From contig CAXXQS010000001.1 in assembly GCA_963674735.2 (NCBI GenBank), positions 1,856,001 to 1,920,000 on the forward strand: a DNA stretch of 64,000 bases, given 5' to 3'. Each line of letters starts with the position of its first letter. Within the stretch, counting starts at the first letter, position 1. Origin of the DNA: Myxococcota bacterium (GTDB lineage: Bacteria > Myxococcota_A > SURF-8). A program made the translations under genes and the position numbers. Below are positions 1-9,009 of this stretch, piece after piece. Under the pieces are notes generated by a model, which saw only the letters and a list, made by a program, of their open reading frames with translations, had not been told where the DNA came from and searched no databases.

Positions 1-204
1 GTTCTTAACGATCGCTTGAACACGGCCTTCGAAAGTTTGCGGCGAGGCTTTCTTCTTGGCTCGAATCGAAGATGCACCGTCCGGAGTTCCCAATCCCGAA
101 TCCTCTCCACCGCCAAGACCGGCAAACGGATCATCCTGCGCGTAGCCAATACTCAGACCCAGAGCACAAAGCATAACCAAAGAAAGCAGTAGTACTCGTT
201 TCAT
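1..204 (-). CDS. 5' part of a secreted hypothetical protein (runs off the window edge)
   Basis: Read manually: ATG at 204 after an AAGGAG SD; MKRVLLLSLVMLCALGLSIGYAQDD... is a signal peptide; frame open to base 1. Not in the ORF track because it is truncated. Confidence 0.8.
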   Translation of the reverse strand, partial: MKRVLLLSLVMLCALGLSIGYAQDDPFAGLGGGEDSGLGTPDGASSIRAKKKASPQTFEGRVQAIVKN

Positions 205-269
205 CGTCCCTCTCCTTTATCGTGTTGTTTGAGGCTCTTTTACCTGTTTTCTTTCGATCAACCGAGTTA

Positions 270-830
270 TCAATTACCTGAAAGAATACGAAACTTCTTC
301 ACTTTGATCTGGTTGTTTTTCATCGTGCCGGTCACCCAGGCACGACCACCATTCTCCGCCGCATTTTTCAGCAGCTCCAACACTTTGGAATTTCCCGTCA
401 ACCGGATCAAGTCACCGGCGTCGCGCAGCTTGAGCAAAACAGATTCACCCTGGATCTGTAGCAGGCCGAAATAAGGTTTGACCCCTTTACCGATATCCAG
501 GATTTCAAAGTCGATCACCTCATAATGCTTGTAACCGATCCTGTTTCCCTTGGCGACCGCTTTCACCTTCAACGTAACTTTCTGCAGCCGCTTCAGCTCG
601 TTTTGAAACTCGCCTCCCAAGCTGACTTTGTCACCGCTATCCAGCGTGAACTGGATCACGGGAAAATGCGAAGTACCCACCAGCAAAATCTTTCCCGTCA
701 TTTCCTCGACGACCGGAGCCGCCGGAGCTTCGTCTTTGCCTGCGGGAGCTTTTTCTCCGGCAAAGGCGAAAGAGGCGACCGCCATCAAGAACAAAACGAG
801 AAGCCATGAACTCGAATGTTTCTTGTACAT
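270..830 (-). CDS. Secreted hypothetical protein (186 aa)
   Basis: Signal peptide ending AFA-G, Pro/Ala linker, beta-rich body; 15 bp downstream of the peptidase gene. Confidence 0.75.
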   Translation of the reverse strand: MYKKHSSSWLLVLFLMAVASFAFAGEKAPAGKDEAPAAPVVEEMTGKILLVGTSHFPVIQFTLDSGDKVSLGGEFQNELKRLQKVTLKVKAVAKGNRIGYKHYEVIDFEILDIGKGVKPYFGLLQIQGESVLLKLRDAGDLIRLTGNSKVLELLKNAAENGGRAWVTGTMKNNQIKVKKFRILSGN

Positions 831-845
831 ATCACTTTCCCCTGC

Positions 846-2477
846 TTACTTGATGCGAACGATACCGAATTGGACACCATCCTCCTCCGCTTCGGTATCG
901 ATGAAGACCTCCCCTTCCCCTTCGACCTGAACGCATCCGGCACCCGTCGCGTAGAGCACGCCGTCGTATTCATCCTCGAAAGGCTCACAGTACAACCCCT
1001 CGAAAAGCACATCATCGCCCATGGCGTTGGTGCGGGTACAATTGGTGCAGATACCGATCTGCTGGCCACTTATGGGATCGTCGTAGAGATCCATGTACTG
1101 ATACTTCGGATCGTTGGCGATATCCAAACCATCAAGACTCACGGCCGCCAACCAATCGAAGAAATGATCCTTCCAATCGCTGCCCAAGCTGGTGTTGAGT
1201 GCATCGAAACCGACTTCGTCCGTTTGGATCAAGGACGTCAGGAAGCTCGCGCCACCACCATCGGTCAACGTCGAACCCGACTCGCTGTCGTATTCCACCG
1301 CGCCCTGCTGCTCGAACAGGTAGCGCAGGAACAAAAAGCCCATACCCCGCGCCTCGACGTCGTCACCGCTGAAAGCCAGCGAATAGTCGGGCACCGCGTC
1401 CAGGTAGGCTTTGGCCGTGTCGATATTGTCGATACCGAATCCCGAGGAATCCTCAGCCAGGTGCGCCAGGCTTTCGTTGAGCCACAGCGTTTCATCGCCC
1501 TGGAACTTGACTCGCTTCACCCCGAACATGATCATGTGGAAGTACTCGTGTGCGACGGTTCCGAATACGGAATCCAACGGATTATCGTTATCGGGCACCA
1601 CCACCCACAGAATGTCGGCGTCATTGAGCGCATCCGGAACAAAATCGTTGGGGTTGAACAAGCCCACCGCTCCGGAGTCGTTAACGAGGTGAGTCAGAAC
1701 GATCAGATGCAGGCCATCCTGGTCGCGGTCAGTGTAATCGACACTATCGATCACCGGGCTTCCATAGAGGAAATGATCGCGCGGATAGATCACGTTGTCA
1801 TACCGATCGACGATCTCGTCGATATCGCTTTGGGTAACGCTATCCTCGATATCGACCGCCACCGCAACCGTAGATCCTTTTCCTTTGATTTCGACCGTAA
1901 TATCCGAAATGTTCCCATCGAAATCCATGAATTTCAGGTCGAGCTGACTCAGGCATTCGTCGCCGCGCGCCACTTCCAGATCTCCACATTCTTCCGACTT
2001 CTTCGCACGTAGTCCTCGCCGCTCAAACAAGTCGGGTGTCACCAATCCCTGTTCGAAAATCTCTTTTTCGCGAAGTCGCATCTTGCTGTCCCAAGCAAAC
2101 CGTTTGAGCATCCGGTGGTAGCGACTCTCGGTCATCCAGACCGGCTTCACCTGAGAAAATCCCTGATGTAAGCGCAAACGCGAACTCGGCTCCTCGCCGT
2201 CTTCCGCTTCGTCATCGCCTTCATCGCCGCTATCGGCTTTGTCTTCGGTGGCCGTCAACGTATAACCGGTGCTCGAATCTTCGTCCAAGGTCCACAACGG
2301 AATGATGCGGTAAGCTTCACCACCTTCCTCGAAAGCGAGTTGAATCTGATCTCCCGCTTGAACGATATCGATCGAGGCAGGGACGATTTCGTCTTCCCCC
2401 TCATCGCTGCAGGCGGGTATCACGACAAGGCTGACGGCTAAAAGTAGAATTAGAACGAGTAGCTTGGACTGACACAT
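846..2477 (-). CDS. Lipoprotein zinc metallopeptidase (gluzincin, M30/hyicolysin-like)
   Basis: AHEYFH (HExxH) followed by WLNESLA third-ligand motif; IPAC lipobox-like site; very acidic. Start reassigned to ATG 2477 (TAAGGAG SD) because the track's TTG at 2567 is a -35 box. Confidence 0.75.
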   Translation of the reverse strand: MCQSKLLVLILLLAVSLVVIPACSDEGEDEIVPASIDIVQAGDQIQLAFEEGGEAYRIIPLWTLDEDSSTGYTLTATEDKADSGDEGDDEAEDGEEPSSRLRLHQGFSQVKPVWMTESRYHRMLKRFAWDSKMRLREKEIFEQGLVTPDLFERRGLRAKKSEECGDLEVARGDECLSQLDLKFMDFDGNISDITVEIKGKGSTVAVAVDIEDSVTQSDIDEIVDRYDNVIYPRDHFLYGSPVIDSVDYTDRDQDGLHLIVLTHLVNDSGAVGLFNPNDFVPDALNDADILWVVVPDNDNPLDSVFGTVAHEYFHMIMFGVKRVKFQGDETLWLNESLAHLAEDSSGFGIDNIDTAKAYLDAVPDYSLAFSGDDVEARGMGFLFLRYLFEQQGAVEYDSESGSTLTDGGGASFLTSLIQTDEVGFDALNTSLGSDWKDHFFDWLAAVSLDGLDIANDPKYQYMDLYDDPISGQQIGICTNCTRTNAMGDDVLFEGLYCEPFEDEYDGVLYATGAGCVQVEGEGEVFIDTEAEEDGVQFGIVRIK

Positions 2478-2539
2478 GGTTTTCTCCTTATCATACACGG
2501 GAAACTCCTCCCTCATTCGACTGATATCAAGACTTTTCA

Positions 2540-2567
2540 AGTGTAGCCAACCTTCTGACGATGTCAA
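2540..2567 (-). promoter_or_regulatory. Sigma70-type promoter for the peptidase operon
   Basis: TTGACA-16 bp-TACACT on the minus strand. Confidence 0.55.
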
Positions 2568-2620
2568 GCCGGGTGTTAATCATTCCCAAAAAAAGTCTAA
2601 TGATTACAAAGCCATTAAAG

Positions 2621-2650
2621 TTGACGCCCATCCAGGGGCTCTGCTATGAT
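2621..2650 (+). promoter_or_regulatory. Sigma70-type promoter for the ATPase-AsmA-DUF1318-CHAT operon
   Basis: TTGACG-18 bp-TATGAT with extended TGn -10. Confidence 0.55.
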
Positions 2651-2717
2651 GCCTCCACACTCTCACCATTGGTGAGTAAAGACTAAAACAGAAACGCAAG
2701 GAAGGGAAAACCGCACC

Positions 2718-4565
2718 ATGCAGCGGATTGATAGGATCGGTGTTTTTGCCTTTGTTGCTTGCTGGATTCTCTTGATCCTGATTTCACTAGGCGAGCCGAA
2801 CACAGCACATGCTCAAAGCCAAGACGAAATGGATCTGCTCCAGCAGTTGCAGCCCTACTCGGCCGACGAACTGGATACGCTTCGCTTCCTCTATGAATCG
2901 CTTACACCCGAACAGCTTGAAGCGAAAAAACAGGAGTTGGCCCGTCGTCAACTCGAATTGAATCAACAGCTCAATCATCCGCGAAATCAACAGGAAAATC
3001 GGCGTAAAGCTTTGCAAATCGGCATCCGCCGGATTCATCAGGAACAGGATGCTCTCAACAACCTCGGTAGCCCCAAAATCAATGTGGAACATCTTCTCGA
3101 CCAATACCGTGACTATCTGTTGGTCGGCGGTGGGGCGTTGGTGATGTTGATCTTTTTCGGCTTGCTATCGCTGAGACGCAAACCCGTAGCAACAGTCGAA
3201 ACGCCCGGCCATTCAAACGCAGAATCGAATTCAATTCCCGGTGACTCTGATAGTGGAGAAGGCATCCGAGCCGTGGATGCTGTTTCACCGATTGTCATCG
3301 AGGAATCAAGTTCTGCTCCGAAGCCGGTCTCCGGTATCGCCATTCCGCTTCAGGATTTGCAGTCACATATCGACAATCTCCTGCTTGAGCACCCCAATTC
3401 CTACAACAGCCTGGTCGATCTTCTTTTCCAACAAGCCATCTTCTGGCATTCCAGCGACATCCATATGCAACTATCGGGTGGCTGGTTCGAAGTTAAATTC
3501 CGCATCGATGGCAAACTTTACGACGCTTGCGTACTCGACAAATACCGAGAACGCGAAATCATCAACATCATCAAGGTGATGACCAAGCTGAAAACGTACG
3601 AGCAACGCGCCTCGCAAGAAGGTCGCCTGGAATACGAAATCGAAGGCCGCTGGTATGACTTCAGGGTATCGGTGGTGCCGATCATGAACACCGAAAAGGT
3701 GGTCATCCGTATATTCGGGGATGAAGAAATCACCTATGATATCGACCGGCTGGGCCTCTCGATCGATACAACCGAGAAGTTGAAAACCCTTCTGAATCGC
3801 CGTACCGGCCTGCTGCTGCTGGTCGGGCCCTCCGGTTCCGGCAAAACGACCACGATTTACAGCTCCTTGAATTATGTCAATAAGATCACCGGGGGCGTAA
3901 GCATCATCAGCCTGGAAGATCCGGTTGAACATATTCTGCCGGGCGTCACCCAGGTACAGATCAATCCGGATAAAAATCTGACATTCGAGTCAGGATTCGC
4001 CAACTTGCTGCGTCAGGATCCGGAAGTCCTGATGATTGGCGAGATCCGCGAAACCAACGTCGCGAAACTGGCCATTCAGGCAACGCAGACCGGTCACCTG
4101 GTTATCAGCACCGTTCACAGCCCGACAACCCTCGGCGCAGTCGACCGGATGATGAATCTCGGGGTGGACAGCTACAGCCTGCACAGCCTACTGGTGGGCG
4201 TCTTGTCACAACGACTGGTTCGCAGCGTGTGTGTTCACTGCCTGCAACCCTACGATCCCGACCCGGAACTGGTTAAAAAGGCCATCGCCATCACCGGTTT
4301 GCGTGATATGGAATGGCGCCATGGCGTCGGTTGTGAACAGTGCCTTGGACGCGGTTTCCACGGGCGAATCGTTTTAGATGAACTGCTCGTTTTTTCCAAC
4401 AAAGAACGCGACGCCCTCATGACCATGGAAAACCGGGCCGAACGGCGAAATTTCATGATGGAACGCATCAACCACAGCTTGTGGGCAGACGGTATCGCCA
4501 AAGCGGCGGCCGGATTGACAACACTCGAAGAAGTGTTCACCGTGGTTGACGATAACACCATTTAA
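2718..4565 (+). CDS. GspE/PilB-family secretion ATPase with N-terminal signal peptide, coiled coil and TM helix
   Basis: SDIH, Walker A GPSGSGKTT, Asp box LEDPVE, Walker B LRQDPEVLMIGEIRE, His box TGHLVISTVH, CxxC..CxxC, C-terminal GLTTLEEV; hydrophobic segments at aa ~8-24 and ~133-152. Confidence 0.9.
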   Translation: MQRIDRIGVFAFVACWILLILISLGEPNTAHAQSQDEMDLLQQLQPYSADELDTLRFLYESLTPEQLEAKKQELARRQLELNQQLNHPRNQQENRRKALQIGIRRIHQEQDALNNLGSPKINVEHLLDQYRDYLLVGGGALVMLIFFGLLSLRRKPVATVETPGHSNAESNSIPGDSDSGEGIRAVDAVSPIVIEESSSAPKPVSGIAIPLQDLQSHIDNLLLEHPNSYNSLVDLLFQQAIFWHSSDIHMQLSGGWFEVKFRIDGKLYDACVLDKYREREIINIIKVMTKLKTYEQRASQEGRLEYEIEGRWYDFRVSVVPIMNTEKVVIRIFGDEEITYDIDRLGLSIDTTEKLKTLLNRRTGLLLLVGPSGSGKTTTIYSSLNYVNKITGGVSIISLEDPVEHILPGVTQVQINPDKNLTFESGFANLLRQDPEVLMIGEIRETNVAKLAIQATQTGHLVISTVHSPTTLGAVDRMMNLGVDSYSLHSLLVGVLSQRLVRSVCVHCLQPYDPDPELVKKAIAITGLRDMEWRHGVGCEQCLGRGFHGRIVLDELLVFSNKERDALMTMENRAERRNFMMERINHSLWADGIAKAAAGLTTLEEVFTVVDDNTI

Positions 4566-4621
4566 ACGGCAATAGGAACCGGATGCCGTCCTTTCGGCGG
4601 CAGAGACCGGAGGAGAGTCCC

Positions 4622-7600
4622 GTGACCGATTCCAACGACAATACCCAACCGACTCCGGAATCCAATGTGACCCCATCGTCCGATTTCAAAAGATCGTGGC
4701 CACGTCGTATTCTGAGCGTTCTCTTGCGATTTTTAAAGTGGACCACCATCCTGGTATGTCTTCTGCTCGTTCTTGTCGTCCTGCTACTCGCGTTTTTCCC
4801 GGCCAATTGGGTAAAGGAACCCGCCCTCGATCAAGTGCGCGCCCTGCTCAACCAGGATATCGAGGTTGACGATATCGGATTTTCGGCTTTTTCCGGTCTG
4901 CACTTGCGTTCTGTCCGACTCGGCCCCCCAAAAGGTTACACCAAGGATGTTTTCACCCTGAAGGAGTTGCGGCTCGATTACAGTCTGTGGAGCCTTTTGG
5001 GTGGGGAATTCGTCATTAACGAAGTTTTGATCGATTCGCCGCGCGCCCAAATCGAAACCATCGACGGCAAAATGAACGTTCAGGCCATGCTCGACAACAT
5101 GGCAACCAAAGAAACACCGAAGGAGGAACTCGAGCCCGAACCCGAACCGGAAATCGAGGAACCGGGCGAACCCTCCGATTTCAAAGTGATTCTCAGACGC
5201 TTCGCTCTGCAAAATCTCACGGCTTGGGTGGACGATGGCAATCATGTCATCGACTTCGACCATCTGGATGTCGAAATATCCGGCTTTTATAGCCAGATAG
5301 ACAGCCATTTCGACGTACACGTCGGCATCCAGGGGCAAGAACCGGAAACGGCCAACTTATTGTTCTCACAAAAAGATCCCCTCCCCGTCGAAGCGGAAAT
5401 TCTGTTAGCGTTGGGGATCGATATCGCCGCCGACCAAGTCATCACACCCAAATCCACAGTGGACGTGAATCTGCGCGTGGCCACCCAAAAACTCGAAACC
5501 CAATGGCCACTCGATCCGGTGGATCTAAAAGTGGCGCTCAAAGCCACTGCCGACTTACCGGAAGACACCGCGCAAGTGGAGTCTCTCAACATTCATTTCA
5601 ACGATACCCTGCTACTCGATCTACAGGCCGGACTTGTCGGTTTGATGGAGCAAAAGCAGGTGGCGCTGCTACTTAAAAAACTCGATCTACCGCTCGATTT
5701 GTTCGCCCCTTATGCCAAAGCCTTTGTCAAAGATGTGGACTTCGGAGGCCATATACGAATCGAAAACCTGGATGTCAAAGGCGATGTCCCCAAGCTGTTG
5801 GCCCAAGGCCTGCCGGATCTGAACGGGGTTCTGCTTATCGACGAAGTTTGGGCCGACTATGGCCCGGCCAATGCAAAGTTGAACGGTCTCAACCTCAAAC
5901 TCGATCTACTGACCCGACCCGTGGAAAACGCCAATGGTCTTGAAGAACCGGCACTTTATGCCGGGGGATGGCTCACGCTGAAATCAGCGCGTGTACCGCA
6001 GGCGACGATCCGAAATCTGAGGCTGGATCTCGACACCCGTGCCGATGGTCTCGCTATCGAACAAGCCTTGGCCAAAATCAAGTTGGCGATTCCGACTATT
6101 GAAGTCGACGATCCCGGTATCGGACACGCCGTTCTCGCGTTTTCCACCGACATCGAAGCGGGGGGCAACCTGGCGGATGGACAGTTTACGGTCGATCATG
6201 TGAACGTCAACATCTCCGACACGATCAAGCTGCACGTGGACGCCGATGCCCAATTAAACATGGAAACTCAGGCCATCGATCACTATCGGACCGCCATCCA
6301 ATTGCAACCGATCGACTTCAAAAAAGCGCTGGCGCTTGTCCCCAGCGGTATTCGCAAACAGATACCCAAAATGAAACTCGCTGGTTCGCTTGGACTGGAC
6401 GTCAAATCCGAGGGGCGCATCCCGGCTCAATTTTCGGATCCCATGGCTCTACCGGTCACGCTGGACGCACTGATCACGTTGGCCGACATCAACCTCGACT
6501 ATCCCGACCAGCAACTCACCATCCACAATTTCGGCGGCACACTGCAAGCGAAAGGAAAGCCTGCGGATATGGCGGTCACCGGATTGTGGACACTCGCGCA
6601 ATTGGACAAGCTCGATCAGTTTGCCTCGCTTTCCGGCTTGCGCATCCCACTCGACATCCGTGTGACTCCCGAACAAGCCAAATTGGATATGGGCGTCCAA
6701 ATCGACCAATTGAAGAAGGAAGATCAAGCCGCCAAGATGAACGATCTGGCGCTATCCGTCAGCGCGACAGCAAACGGCAAACTGCTCAAACAGACATTCG
6801 ATAAGCTGGCGGGACAAATCGATCTGACTATCGCGGATATCATCTACGCCAAGGAAGTCACAACTAAAATCCAGGATGAACACATCCGAGTTCGATTCGA
6901 TTACCTGCAAAACCGCAAGACCGTTTCGTTATCCCTCAACCTCGGATTCGAGCAGTTAGAAGCCCCTGAACAGCAGGTTCGCTTGGATGGCTTCGATTTC
7001 ACCATCGATACCGAAGTGCAAGGAGTCGATATTCCTCTGGTTCCCAACCCCGACCAACATGCGGAACTCGTCTGGGTCACGCTGGCCATGGATCTGGCGG
7101 CAATCCACAAAAGCGATATTTTCAAAGAACCACTGACCGGTACCAATTTGCGCTCCAAACTGACCTTGCACGACATGCGCGATGCCGATCTTGAAACTTT
7201 CGCCTTCGCGATACCCACACTTGGCGTTCGGGTCGATATGAGCGGTAAGGTTTGGGGCATTCTTGACAAAAAGCTCCAACCCCCCGATTTTAAGACAAAT
7301 TTCCCGGAATTCGACGTGCAGTTGTTTGCCGGGCTGGATATCTCACCCAAGCGCCGCCTGATCGAAGGAATCGAAGCACAAGGTCTCGCAGGGATTCGCG
7401 CCCGCGCACGTTCCCTACCCGACAACTTCGCCCGCCTGGAAGGCTTCATCGTCGGGGAAAATTTCAGTTTGTGGCAAACATCCAAAGAAGAGCGCGAAAT
7501 CGACGATCCCGATCGAAAAGGAAAAACCATCAAAATTCCGGTGGAATCCCGCCTGCATCTCGATGACTTCGATGCCGACGTCCCGTTGATTCAGATCGTC

Positions 7601-8416
7601 AACCTCGAAACCTTGCTCCCGGTCGAAGCCAAGGGAAACATTTTCGAGGAATCCTCCCGCAACGTGCTTTACGACACCATGCGCACCTACTTAAAACAAC
7701 AGTCGAACTTCCATATAGAAGGTATTACTTTCACACAGAAAATCGACCAAACGAAACGCAAGGTTGAAATCGACGAAATAGCGATGGATATGCTTTATAC
7801 CGATAACACCTTCGCCATCAACCGCCTCTATGTGGATCTGCTGGGAGGTGGCATCTCAGGGTCGCTGCAAGCGCAGATCACGGCCATGCCACCGGCTCCA
7901 TTCGACATGCGTCTGCATTTCGAAAACCAGATCACCGGCGTCAATCTGGCCCGGTTGACCCAAAACGACCCATCCAAAGTAAGCGCCGAAACCGAATTGT
8001 CTTCCCTGGTCAATCTCGATTTCGGTTTACGCGACCTTTACGTGGACGGCCGTATCGATATTACCCGGCTCTCCCTGGCCCAGTTGGACAAAGTTCTGGC
8101 TTTTCTCGATCCAGCCGGAAAAGATCCGAGCGTGCAGCAAAACCGGGCTTTGATCAACAGCTGGTATGTCGACATGATCAACCCGCAGGTCAAGTTGGTC
8201 TCGATGTGGGTGAAGTACGGCAACTTGAATATGGATATTATCATGGACGCCTGGTTCTTCGTTGGCGACATCCTGAACAATACGCTTGAGAAAAGCCGTG
8301 TGCGCCGCCTCAACATCATTCCAATTTTGAAAGCTTTCATCCCAACAGCCGAAACAGACCCGGATTCGACAACCGAAATCGCTCAGTCGGGCTCCGGCGC
8401 GGGCGTGACCCCATAA
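4622..8416 (+). CDS. AsmA-like / YdbH-like bridge-type envelope protein
   Basis: Single N-terminal TM anchor followed by an AsmA-type start (LRLDYSLWSLLGGEFVINEVLIDSP) and ~1200 aa of amphipathic beta strands; adjacent DUF1318 gene. GTG 4622 has a GGAGGAG SD (track start 4583 is in the same frame). Confidence 0.75.
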   Translation: MTDSNDNTQPTPESNVTPSSDFKRSWPRRILSVLLRFLKWTTILVCLLLVLVVLLLAFFPANWVKEPALDQVRALLNQDIEVDDIGFSAFSGLHLRSVRLGPPKGYTKDVFTLKELRLDYSLWSLLGGEFVINEVLIDSPRAQIETIDGKMNVQAMLDNMATKETPKEELEPEPEPEIEEPGEPSDFKVILRRFALQNLTAWVDDGNHVIDFDHLDVEISGFYSQIDSHFDVHVGIQGQEPETANLLFSQKDPLPVEAEILLALGIDIAADQVITPKSTVDVNLRVATQKLETQWPLDPVDLKVALKATADLPEDTAQVESLNIHFNDTLLLDLQAGLVGLMEQKQVALLLKKLDLPLDLFAPYAKAFVKDVDFGGHIRIENLDVKGDVPKLLAQGLPDLNGVLLIDEVWADYGPANAKLNGLNLKLDLLTRPVENANGLEEPALYAGGWLTLKSARVPQATIRNLRLDLDTRADGLAIEQALAKIKLAIPTIEVDDPGIGHAVLAFSTDIEAGGNLADGQFTVDHVNVNISDTIKLHVDADAQLNMETQAIDHYRTAIQLQPIDFKKALALVPSGIRKQIPKMKLAGSLGLDVKSEGRIPAQFSDPMALPVTLDALITLADINLDYPDQQLTIHNFGGTLQAKGKPADMAVTGLWTLAQLDKLDQFASLSGLRIPLDIRVTPEQAKLDMGVQIDQLKKEDQAAKMNDLALSVSATANGKLLKQTFDKLAGQIDLTIADIIYAKEVTTKIQDEHIRVRFDYLQNRKTVSLSLNLGFEQLEAPEQQVRLDGFDFTIDTEVQGVDIPLVPNPDQHAELVWVTLAMDLAAIHKSDIFKEPLTGTNLRSKLTLHDMRDADLETFAFAIPTLGVRVDMSGKVWGILDKKLQPPDFKTNFPEFDVQLFAGLDISPKRRLIEGIEAQGLAGIRARARSLPDNFARLEGFIVGENFSLWQTSKEEREIDDPDRKGKTIKIPVESRLHLDDFDADVPLIQIVNLETLLPVEAKGNIFEESSRNVLYDTMRTYLKQQSNFHIEGITFTQKIDQTKRKVEIDEIAMDMLYTDNTFAINRLYVDLLGGGISGSLQAQITAMPPAPFDMRLHFENQITGVNLARLTQNDPSKVSAETELSSLVNLDFGLRDLYVDGRIDITRLSLAQLDKVLAFLDPAGKDPSVQQNRALINSWYVDMINPQVKLVSMWVKYGNLNMDIIMDAWFFVGDILNNTLEKSRVRRLNIIPILKAFIPTAETDPDSTTEIAQSGSGAGVTP

Positions 8417-8430
8417 ATGGAGGAAAAAGC

Positions 8431-9000
8431 ATGAGCTTGCAGCGGATGACTGTCGTCTTTGTTATCACGGCCATCACCTTGGCCACGTCTGGCTGTATCA
8501 GCCTGAAGATGGTATCGGTCGACGAAATGACCCAACTAGAAAACCAGATCCTGGGATCGTTCGACGAACTGCAGAAAGACATGGTCATGATGGCCTCGGT
8601 GCGCGGGGAAGCCCATGAAAAAGGGAAATTGCCGCCGGCCAAACGAGAAGCATTGATGGCCATGATGAATCGTCAGTTCAACCTGGACGACATCGACGAT
8701 CTCAAAGCTCGCGGAATAGCCGGTGAAGGACGAGACGGCATGCTGGCCTATTTCGATACCGAGCGAACACGAAACGATCCGCAATTCACGCAGCAAGCCA
8801 AGCAGTTGATCAAGCAGGAAAACCAAGATCGGATGATTATTTTGCAACGGGTAATCAATATCAACCCCAACCTGTCCAAGAAAGATCTCCCCGATCTCCA
8901 ACGCATGCTTTACAAGCTGAACGTGGAAAACAGCGCACCCGAAACAAAGATCCAGGACGCGGACGGCAACTGGAGCATCAAACCCCAACCCGTCGAATAA
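8431..9000 (+). CDS. YnbE/YdbL (DUF1318)-like lipoprotein
   Basis: TSGC lipobox, T-x-LENQILG, LKARGIAGEGRDGML, ENQDR and IQDADGNW motifs typical of DUF1318; GGAGG SD. Confidence 0.75.
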   Translation: MSLQRMTVVFVITAITLATSGCISLKMVSVDEMTQLENQILGSFDELQKDMVMMASVRGEAHEKGKLPPAKREALMAMMNRQFNLDDIDDLKARGIAGEGRDGMLAYFDTERTRNDPQFTQQAKQLIKQENQDRMIILQRVININPNLSKKDLPDLQRMLYKLNVENSAPETKIQDADGNWSIKPQPVE

Positions 9001-9009
9001 GGCTTCCCG

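Noticed and set aside
816-2012. 398-aa antisense ORF over the metallopeptidase
   Set aside because: Shadow ORF with no recognisable features; the opposite strand has clear HExxH motifs.
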